Of a stretch of DNA of 32,000 nt, positions 25,130-32,000 are shown one piece after another. The stretch's first letter is position 1. Each line of letters opens with the position of its first letter. This stretch comes from Bdellovibrionota bacterium. Its GTDB lineage: Bacteria; Bdellovibrionota_C; UBA2361; SZUA-149; CAZDWZ01. The position numbers and the translations under genes are program-made. The notes under the pieces were generated by a model, which saw only the letters and a program-made list of their open reading frames with translations, was not told where the DNA came from and ran no database searches. Where the stretch lies: NCBI GenBank assembly GCA_046328905.1, contig JAXLVP010000001.1:2725018-2757017 (forward strand), written 5' to 3'.

Positions 25130-25684
25130 CTAATCCTGCCACTTAATCGTGCAACCCAGCACTGGAGTGAGCTGCGGCGAAGGAGTTTGCCCGGCGAGAA
25201 CGGCTTCGATGGCGTTCTTGAGCGCGGGTGAGGTCACCTTCTCTGGGTGCTGCGAATTGTCGTCGATCCAACCGTGATAAGCCAGCTTCATCTCGCGATC
25301 GAAGAGATACGCTTCCGGTGTGCACGCCGCATCGTACGCGCGCGCGACAACCTGCTTTTCATCGTGGAGATATGGGAACGCAAAGCCGAGCGATTTGCTC
25401 TTTTCGACCATCTGCTCGAACGAGTCTTCCGGATAATCGTCAGCATCGTTTGCGCAGATAGCGACCATGCCCATGCCTTCCGGTCGATAGCGTGAGGCGA
25501 GCTCGCAGAGCCTCTGCTCATACGCGCGGGAGTAGGGGCAGTGATTGCATGTGAAGACCACGAGCAGAGCGCGGCACTCAGCGAAATCAGAAAGCGAGTA
25601 GATCTTTCCGTCGGTCGCAGGAAGGCTGAAATACGGCGCTTTCTCGCCGATCAGCAGAGTGACTTCGTTCGCGGGTCTTTCCAT
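25130..25684 (-). CDS. Thioredoxin-fold protein (AhpC/TSA-TlpA-like, CxxC type)
   Basis: 184 aa with the redox motif FTCNHCPY and an overall peroxiredoxin/thiol-disulfide oxidoreductase-like layout. Confidence 0.82.
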   Translation of the reverse strand: MERPANEVTLLIGEKAPYFSLPATDGKIYSLSDFAECRALLVVFTCNHCPYSRAYEQRLCELASRYRPEGMGMVAICANDADDYPEDSFEQMVEKSKSLGFAFPYLHDEKQVVARAYDAACTPEAYLFDREMKLAYHGWIDDNSQHPEKVTSPALKNAIEAVLAGQTPSPQLTPVLGCTIKWQD

Positions 25685-25843
25685 GGGTAGCTAAAACGAC
25701 AGATTCAATCCTGGACTTTAAGCTTAACCTGCTTCCTCGCTCTCATCGTAAGCAAAGGCTCTTGAGAGGTCGGGACCTTAGAGCGGTTCGGAGTCGATTG
25801 CAACAGAAAACCGCGCCGCTCACGTAATATTGACGGATCTCAA

Positions 25844-25887
25844 ACGAAAAAAAGAAGGCCAAAGACTCCGAATGGAAATCTTTGGCC
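25844..25887 (-). terminator. Orphan Rho-independent terminator on the minus strand
   Basis: GGCCAAAGA (25857-25865) pairs perfectly with TCTTTGGCC (25879-25887), with an inner TCC/GGA extension. On the minus strand the hairpin is followed by TTCTTTTTTTCG. No annotated minus-strand CDS lies upstream of it. Confidence 0.7.
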
Positions 25888-26050
25888 CGGGTTAGAGTAA
25901 GTTATGGTGGCATGATTACCCAGCCGCAGGTCTAGGTCAGTGGAGTTTGTTGCGGCGAGCACTCGCGTATTGTCTATGCTAATAGTGTGCCAATCGTTGG
26001 TCCATGCGGTCTCATGCTTGTTCCGGGAAGTTCAGTTCCCGCTGAATATA
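25888..26050 (-). ncRNA. Candidate unannotated sRNA or structured 5' leader ending at the orphan terminator; the 5' end is a guess
   Basis: Inferred only from the terminator and the lack of any plausible ORF. Local hairpins are present (CGGGAActgaacTTCCCG, CCAAcgaTTGG). A weak TATATT -10-like box lies at 26050-26045. I recognise no Rfam family. Confidence 0.3.
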
Positions 26051-26243
26051 GAGTAATTTCGAAACGTTTTATTGATGCGTTGGCCCTGCCGACATATCTC
26101 TATCTCCACGCCTGATCGAAGCTGATCGAAACAGTTCGGCGTGACAGATCTGAAGTAGTGTGTTTTGCCAAGATGGCGACTGAGCACGCGGCTCGGATCG
26201 GTTACCGTGTCCGGCGAATAGCATCTCCAATGACAAAGGCTCT

Positions 26244-28259
26244 ATGACAGTTTCATACACGAAAGAACAGCTCACCCTCGTTGCGAACACCATCCGTATG
26301 CTCTCGGCAGATGGTGTCGAGAAGGCGAACTCCGGACACCCGGGAATGCCTATGGGAATGGCGGATCTCGCCGCGGTGCTGTGGCTCAAGTATCTGCGCT
26401 TCAATCCGGAGCAGCCCAAGTGGCTGGCCCGCGACCGATTTGTTCTGTCGAACGGGCACGGCTCGATGTTGCTGTATTCGCTGCTCCACCTCGCGGGCTT
26501 TAAGTTGAGCATCGACGATCTCAAGCAGTTTCGTCAGTGGGAAAGCAAGACACCGGGCCATCCTGAGTCTTATATGACCGAAGGTGTCGAGTGCACGACC
26601 GGCCCGCTCGGACAGGGGATCTCAAACGCCGTGGGAATGGCGATTGGCCAGAAACTGATGGCTTCGCGTTACGACGCAGATCTCTTCGCCCACCGAGTAT
26701 TCGTTTTTGCAGGTGACGGCTGCCTGATGGAAGGCGTGAGCAGTGAAGCGAGCTCTGTTGCCGGCCACCTCGGGCTCGGCAACATGATCGTCATTTACGA
26801 CGACAACCACATCAGCATCGCCGGCCACACCGAGCTCGCTTTCACGGAAGACGTTTGCAAGCGCTATGAGGCGTATGGATGGAACACTATGCGCATCGAC
26901 GGTCACGACTACGACCAGATCGATAAGGCGCTTGCGGCCGCCGTCGCTGTCACGGATCGCCCGACTTTAATCGCGGCACGTACCACCATCGGATGGGGAA
27001 GCCCGAATAAGAAGGACACCCACGGCGTTCACGGAAGCCCGCTCGGCAAAGACGAGATGGCGGCAACGAAGAAGGCGCTCAATTGGCCTCAAGAGCCAAC
27101 TTTCTACGTTCCGGACGAGACGAAGAAAGCATTCGCCGGCCGAATCGAATCACTGAAGCAAGAGTACTCCTCATGGGTCCAGAAGTTCGAAGGCTGGAAG
27201 AAGGCGAAGCCGGATCTCGCAAAGGGCCTTGATGCTCAGGTCAAGCGCGAAGTCCCGGCCGACCTCGCTGATAAGTTGATCGCGGCGCTGCCGACCGACG
27301 GCAAGCCGGTTGCGACGCGCAAGCTTTCACAAAGCGTGCTGCAAGCGCTGTCCGCGAATGTAAATTCGGTTATCGGCGGTTCCGCTGACCTCGAACCATC
27401 GACGCTCACGCTCATCGCGGGCTCCGGGGACGTAGAGAAGGGAACCTTCTCCGGCAAGAACCTCCGATTCGGGGTCCGTGAGCATGGCATGGGCGCCATC
27501 ATGAACGGGCTTGCGTACTACGGCGGCTACATCCCGTACGGTTCGACGTTCCTGTGCTTCTACGATTACATGCGGCCGACGATTCGGCTGGCGGCGCTTT
27601 CGCATCTGCCGGGACTCTTCATCTTCACCCACGACAGTATCTTCCTCGGCGAAGATGGTCCGACGCACCAACCAATCGAGCATGTGAACTCGGCGCGGAT
27701 GGTACCGAACGTCCATGTGTTCCGTCCGGCGGATGGGCTCGAAGTGGCCATGTGCTACAAGCTCGCTGTCGAGCTCAAGACCGGCCCCGCGCTTTTCTCA
27801 CTGACCCGTCAGAACCTGCCTCAGCTCGAGCGGCCGCAGGCGTTCAAGAAAGAAGACATCGAAAAGGGCGCATACGTGCTCTACGAATCGAAGCCTGGGA
27901 CAGCTCCGCAGATCTGCTTCGTCGCCACCGGCTCCGAAGTCGGACTTGCGCTCGAAGCGGCGAAAACCCTCGCGGAGAAGGCGGCGGTTCGTGTCGTTTC
28001 GATGCCCTGCTGCGAGCTGTTCCGCAAGCAGTCCAAGCAGTTCCGCGATCAGCTCGTTCCCCCGGCGTCAAAGAAGGTCGTGTGTGAAGCAGGTACGAGC
28101 TTCGGATGGGCTTCCATCCTCGAGGCCGATATTTCATCGCTCGAGTGCTGCTGCATCGATCACTTCGGTGCATCCGCACCGGACACTGTCCTAGCAGAGA
28201 AGTTCGGCTTCACCGCGAAATCGGTCGTCGAGCGAGTCACCAAACGATTCCTGAGCTAG
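26244..28259 (+). CDS. tkt: Transketolase
   Basis: 671 aa with TPP-binding motifs ([25 protein letters not shown]) and a transketolase pyrimidine-binding/C-terminal domain ([19 protein letters not shown]). Confidence 0.95.
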   Translation: MTVSYTKEQLTLVANTIRMLSADGVEKANSGHPGMPMGMADLAAVLWLKYLRFNPEQPKWLARDRFVLSNGHGSMLLYSLLHLAGFKLSIDDLKQFRQWESKTPGHPESYMTEGVECTTGPLGQGISNAVGMAIGQKLMASRYDADLFAHRVFVFAGDGCLMEGVSSEASSVAGHLGLGNMIVIYDDNHISIAGHTELAFTEDVCKRYEAYGWNTMRIDGHDYDQIDKALAAAVAVTDRPTLIAARTTIGWGSPNKKDTHGVHGSPLGKDEMAATKKALNWPQEPTFYVPDETKKAFAGRIESLKQEYSSWVQKFEGWKKAKPDLAKGLDAQVKREVPADLADKLIAALPTDGKPVATRKLSQSVLQALSANVNSVIGGSADLEPSTLTLIAGSGDVEKGTFSGKNLRFGVREHGMGAIMNGLAYYGGYIPYGSTFLCFYDYMRPTIRLAALSHLPGLFIFTHDSIFLGEDGPTHQPIEHVNSARMVPNVHVFRPADGLEVAMCYKLAVELKTGPALFSLTRQNLPQLERPQAFKKEDIEKGAYVLYESKPGTAPQICFVATGSEVGLALEAAKTLAEKAAVRVVSMPCCELFRKQSKQFRDQLVPPASKKVVCEAGTSFGWASILEADISSLECCCIDHFGASAPDTVLAEKFGFTAKSVVERVTKRFLS

Positions 28260-28275
28260 CGTTCACGGAGATCCG

Positions 28276-28980
28276 TTGATTCGCTCTCTCATGCGTCTCC
28301 GGCCCGTCCTGCCGCGCCCAATCTATCAGGCGCTGCGGGACGGTTACTGGAGACGTTTCTGGGCGGAACAGCTTTCCCTCCAACGTTCCGAGCTAGGCGA
28401 CGCGGCTGCTCAGTCGCTCGAAGACAGTGAGCGCGCGATGCTCGCTGAAGCGATAGCCGAGTGCTACCCCTTCGCTTCGCTGCTTGAAGTTGGGTGCTCG
28501 GTCGGCCAACTCTTCCATATCATCGCCCCGCAATATCCAAACGTCATCATGACCGGCATCGATCCTGACGCAGAACGGATCGCTGCGGGCACTTCGATTC
28601 TCGAGGAGAACGGGATTCGGAACGTGACGCTCCAGCCTGGGTCCACAGGGGAGCTTTCGGTTGTCGCCGATGGAAGCTTCGATGTTGTCGTCACCTCGGC
28701 TTCGCTGCTCTACGTTCCCCCTAACGAAATTGAAGACGCGCTCCGTGGGCTCATCAGAGTTGCAAGGCGCTCGGTGGTACTCTTGGAGCAACACGCGGAG
28801 GCTTCCTCAGGTGAGCTCACTGATGCCGTCGGTGCCCCCTATTGGATTCACAACTTCCGGGAGCTTGTCAGCCGCTGCTCCCCGAATCATCGGGCGACAT
28901 TCGAAAAAATTAAAAACCCTCTCTGGATCACAGAGGACTGGCAGAAAACAGGGCATGTAATCGTGATCAGCCTCCGGTAA
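28276..28980 (+). CDS. Class I SAM-dependent methyltransferase
   Basis: 234 aa with motif I LLEVGCSVGQ and an acidic post-I residue (GIDPD). TTG start with GGAG 5 nt upstream. Confidence 0.78.
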   Translation: MIRSLMRLRPVLPRPIYQALRDGYWRRFWAEQLSLQRSELGDAAAQSLEDSERAMLAEAIAECYPFASLLEVGCSVGQLFHIIAPQYPNVIMTGIDPDAERIAAGTSILEENGIRNVTLQPGSTGELSVVADGSFDVVVTSASLLYVPPNEIEDALRGLIRVARRSVVLLEQHAEASSGELTDAVGAPYWIHNFRELVSRCSPNHRATFEKIKNPLWITEDWQKTGHVIVISLR

Positions 28981-29060
28981 GCGAGATAAGCAACAATTTC
29001 TCGACTCGCGGCTACAACTTGTTTACGCTCGAGAAGCGAATCTGAAGGAGTGTTTCGTCA

Positions 29061-30671
29061 ATGATTGACCCGGCAGCAGAAGCGGCGCTGAAGGCTTTCG
29101 AAAAGCACTGGCAGAGATACCTGAGCGTCGCTCCGTTCTACCGGCTCGACTATACCTGGCCGTCGGTTGGCGTCATCGATCACCTCACTTTTCCCCTTCG
29201 CAGCCGGAACGATCTCAGTCCGTTCGAGCGTAGTATCATCCACGGCGCCGCGGCCTATCTCGCTGTTATGGCGCAGCGTTGTTGGGAAACGTTCGGGGTC
29301 TCGTCCAACGTCGAGCTTCATCAAAAGGAAATTATTCTGCGGGCGGTCTCGGGCCCTGGTCTCCAAGGAACCGAAGCCGTTGCCTACGTCGAAGCAGATC
29401 TGTCTCGAATGTTAGCGGAGCTTCCGAATCCATTTCAGATCCTGACGACCTTCAAGCGGATGATTCCCACGAACGAGAACTTTGTCAGCCAGTTCGCGTT
29501 CGGATTGTTCGTAGGCCTTCTGCCGACAATCGAAGGCCCTTGGAGCAAAGAGAACCCGCAAAGCTGGGCTACTCAGCTCAATTCGGTGGTAAAGTATCTG
29601 GCGCAAGGCACAGCCGACAACTACGCCGCTATCTTCTTGGACGAGCAGCTTGGCCAGGTGGCGGAGGTCTACTATTCCGAGCTGATCTTTCCGCTCACGA
29701 TGATGCAAGAGGAGCTGCCTATTCGCCGCGCCGTCTATAGCCTCAAGGGCACGGTCGAGACGTACAAGATTTCGCCGTCACAGCTTTCGCGCATGGCCGC
29801 CAATCTCATGTTGTCGCCGGATGAGCGGATTGCGCAGACTGCGTTCTGTTGTGCTGCAGCGCTGGGGGAATTTCCGTGTAGCCCCGAGCTTCGCGCATCT
29901 GCGGCGTCGATCGGCACAACTTTGGGGCTGCTTCGCCATGCAATGCGAGATGTTCGGCAGGCGATTCTGAAAGAATCTGACTGGATCGGCAAAGCCGAAT
30001 ACTCAGACGCCGATATTCAGCAGATCGAAAAGGAGCTTCAGCTCCATTTCTTCCCGTGGCTCAAGATGAGCAAGCAGAAGATCCTGGGCGGGGCAGGGGA
30101 CGAGGCGCTGACACGGTTGCTCCGAGCGCTTGCAGATTACAACATGAAGACGGCTACGATGATTGTAGACGAGCTCGTCGATCTGGCGCCCGACGACATG
30201 GATTTCCGGCTGCAGAAGGTCTACCTCTTGCTGCTCGACGGTAAGGTGCAGGAGTCGGCTGATAGCTTACGAACGCTCGTCACCGAACCGGAGAGCGAAG
30301 ACAAACCTCTTATCTTCGATCTCAACGCGAACGTGCAACTCGTTCTCGGCAACCTCCAAGGCGCTGAGCAGAACTTCAAGAAAGCGCGAAATTTCGCCAC
30401 GAGCGACAAGCAGGTGAAGTCGGATGTCGCAAACAACTACGGCTGGATGCTCATGCTGAAGGGCGATTTCCCGACGGCACTCGAGCTGATCGACGAAAGC
30501 CTTTCGCTCACACCGGACTCGCTGGTCAGCCTGTTAAATAAAACGACGATCCTTCAACAAATGGGACGCGAGCACGAAGCCGCCGCAATCGACAAGCGCC
30601 TCCTGGCGCTTGCGCCGTTTAATCGCGAGGTGTTCCGCGGCCTTGTCTTCGACCCTGGGTCAAAAAGCTAG
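29061..30671 (+). CDS. Hypothetical protein with C-terminal TPR-like repeats
   Basis: 536 aa (AAGGAG upstream). The C-terminal ~170 aa show TPR-like periodicity (VQLVLGNLQGAEQNFKKA..., NNYGWMLMLKGDFPTALELIDESLSLTPD...). The N-terminal ~350 aa are unassigned. Confidence 0.7.
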   Translation: MIDPAAEAALKAFEKHWQRYLSVAPFYRLDYTWPSVGVIDHLTFPLRSRNDLSPFERSIIHGAAAYLAVMAQRCWETFGVSSNVELHQKEIILRAVSGPGLQGTEAVAYVEADLSRMLAELPNPFQILTTFKRMIPTNENFVSQFAFGLFVGLLPTIEGPWSKENPQSWATQLNSVVKYLAQGTADNYAAIFLDEQLGQVAEVYYSELIFPLTMMQEELPIRRAVYSLKGTVETYKISPSQLSRMAANLMLSPDERIAQTAFCCAAALGEFPCSPELRASAASIGTTLGLLRHAMRDVRQAILKESDWIGKAEYSDADIQQIEKELQLHFFPWLKMSKQKILGGAGDEALTRLLRALADYNMKTATMIVDELVDLAPDDMDFRLQKVYLLLLDGKVQESADSLRTLVTEPESEDKPLIFDLNANVQLVLGNLQGAEQNFKKARNFATSDKQVKSDVANNYGWMLMLKGDFPTALELIDESLSLTPDSLVSLLNKTTILQQMGREHEAAAIDKRLLALAPFNREVFRGLVFDPGSKS

Positions 30672-30922
30672 ACGGCGAACGCCATCCGACGTCGGTCGCC
30701 TCACCTCCCAACACCACCCCCAAAGCTACTGGAACGTGCCCTTTGCGCATAATCTTTGAGCATTCCTAGACGAAGCTCTTTTTATTCAGAATATGGTCGG
30801 AGTTGGACAGAAACGGTTTTATTTGAGGTTCGGTCCCTGAAAGAGCTTGATTCGGCACTCTTCATCGGCACGCAAGGCGGATGAGGAGTGTCGATTTCAT
30901 TCCTTCATTCAGGAGCGCCACC

Positions 30923-31357
30923 ATGGCCAGAGCGAGAGCTCGAAGATTCACGCCTGCCGAACAGGCGCTTTTGCGCCGCTTCGCGAACACGATCCACGAC
31001 GATTGGGACGATTGGACGGACGATGAGGGGACTCTCGTTCCTCTCATTAAGAAGATCTGGCCGCCTGCCCAGCAGGTGCCATACTTCGTCCACATCGACG
31101 ACGTCGTCGAATTTGTGGACCAGAACCGGGGCAGGTTTCCTCACTTCCCCAGTCGAGACGAATTGCAGTCTCGACTCGAACGTGAGACTCGCGGCGTCGC
31201 CGAAAAGGAGCGCCAGGAACGACTCGACAAGCAGATCGGCTCGGCTTCGAATGTCGTGGGAATCGCGTTCGCGGTAATTCTGCTCGTCGCTATTGGTTGG
31301 CTCATCCTAACCATCATGGTGAACAGCGGTCTGCCGTTGAACGTCGGATTCCCTTAG
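30923..31357 (+). CDS. Hypothetical tail-anchored small protein
   Basis: 144 aa from ATG 30923 (AGGAG 7 nt upstream). It has an acidic, Trp-rich N-half and a C-terminal TM segment (VVGIAFAVILLVAIGWLILTIMV). Confidence 0.55.
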   Translation: MARARARRFTPAEQALLRRFANTIHDDWDDWTDDEGTLVPLIKKIWPPAQQVPYFVHIDDVVEFVDQNRGRFPHFPSRDELQSRLERETRGVAEKERQERLDKQIGSASNVVGIAFAVILLVAIGWLILTIMVNSGLPLNVGFP

Positions 31358-31363
31358 GCACTT

Positions 31364-31390
31364 GGGGGGTTGACGTCTGTCCAACCCCCC
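31364..31390 (+). terminator. GC-rich hairpin after the small tail-anchored gene; a possible terminator without a U-tract
   Basis: GGGGGGTTG (31364-31372) pairs perfectly with CAACCCCCC (31382-31390), starting 7 nt after the stop codon. No T-run follows. Confidence 0.45.
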
Positions 31391-31543
31391 GGCCGCCTAA
31401 CTGTCCGGGATCGAAACACTTTCTATCTCACTCACCGTCCGGTTTAGCTGTCTTCAAAGTATTAGTCACCCCGTTCCAACTCACAGCATAATTCTAATAA
31501 GTGACCAGGTTTTGTAGAGATCCGTTTTCACTCTAGGTGGACG

Positions 31544-32000
31544 ATGGCAGGTCAAAATCCTTCGACAAATTCCGAGCCTCGACGCGCCACAGCTCGGCGA
31601 GACCCGGCTCCTGCGCCGACCACCTCCCTGCCCACACCATTCAGCGCGGAAGTTGCAAGATTTGAAGCTTCAGGTCCGGCTCAAGAAGCGGCTGCCGCCG
31701 CGCAGCAGGACTTTATCGCCGATTTCCAAATCGCTCACGAGCGGACCATGGGGGCTCGCTATAACCGCGAGTCTTCAGAGCGCGATAGCTCAAGCTTTAC
31801 AGGCTCCATTGTAAATCTCTTTTCGGGCGGTGGCACGACCAAGCAGATTGCCGCTGAGCGAGAGTATGAACAGAGCTGCGCTGACAAAGAGCGTGAGCTT
31901 GCTGCCCGCTTAGGAAAGAAGGGAGTTCTCGAGGCCGCGGCAATTGCTGAGGCACAGGCTCAAGAGCTTGAGCGCCGGGGTCAAACCTTGCATGCATCCC
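31544..32000 (+). CDS. Partial CDS (3' end off the window): hypothetical protein
   Basis: The frame is open from ATG 31544 (GGTGGA upstream) to the window end, 152 codons: MAGQNPSTNSEPRR...AEREYEQSCADKERELAARLGKKG.... It is absent from the ORF track because it has no stop in the window. The N-terminus is Pro/Ala-rich and the remainder is charged and helical. Confidence 0.5.
   Translation, partial: MAGQNPSTNSEPRRATARRDPAPAPTTSLPTPFSAEVARFEASGPAQEAAAAAQQDFIADFQIAHERTMGARYNRESSERDSSSFTGSIVNLFSGGGTTKQIAAEREYEQSCADKERELAARLGKKGVLEAAAIAEAQAQELERRGQTLHAS

Noticed and set aside
25785-25795. T-loop-like GGTTCGGAGTC as a tRNA fragment
   Set aside because: The flanking sequence cannot form a T-stem, an acceptor stem or an anticodon arm, so there is no cloverleaf.
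25840-25962. 40-codon minus-strand ORF (GTG start) in the tkt-upstream gap
   Set aside because: It has no SD, starts with GTG, and its reading frame passes through the terminator hairpin and the U-tract. More likely this region is non-coding RNA.
26069-26524. 151-aa minus-strand ORF overlapping the tkt 5' end
   Set aside because: It is antisense to the highly conserved transketolase N-terminus and has no motifs or SD.

Overview
This is a 32-kb chromosomal window from a moderately GC-rich bacterium; I cannot assign a taxon from the sequence alone. It is densely coding, with about 30 CDS, most with recognisable Shine-Dalgarno sites. Most genes are housekeeping: rppH-like Nudix hydrolase, hisS, an M16 peptidase, a PIN-PhoH (PhoH2) ATPase, an MltB-like transglycosylase, glnA, a tandem Lrp/AsnC regulator, split coaC-like and coaB-like genes, an SDR epimerase, cysS, fused trpE(G), a LOG-family protein, a thioredoxin-fold protein and tkt. 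I found no rRNA, tRNA, CRISPR array, transposase or integrase.

The parts worth a second look are:
1. A co-directional block at 13.6-17.6 kb: an active-site-substituted CoaC-like flavoprotein, an insertion-bearing CoaB-like ligase, an unusual fusion of an unknown domain with class II aldolase and GNAT domains, and an NRDE/TANGO2-family protein. This may be an uncharacterised CoA- or thiol-related module.
2. A stand-alone 804-aa cytoplasmic protein with GH15-like motifs, its own long leader, a palindromic operator-like site and a strong terminator (6.3-9.2 kb).
3. A tail-anchored ABC-ATPase fold in which every catalytic motif is degenerate (22.5-23.7 kb).
4. An orphan minus-strand intrinsic terminator inside a 559-bp intergenic gap, implying an unannotated sRNA or leader (25.7-26.2 kb).
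5. A 19-bp tandem repeat, a duplicated 11-bp GTTAAC-containing motif upstream of glnA, and a possible SD-sequestering switch in the hisS leader.

All functional calls come from reading motifs by eye. No database search was run.
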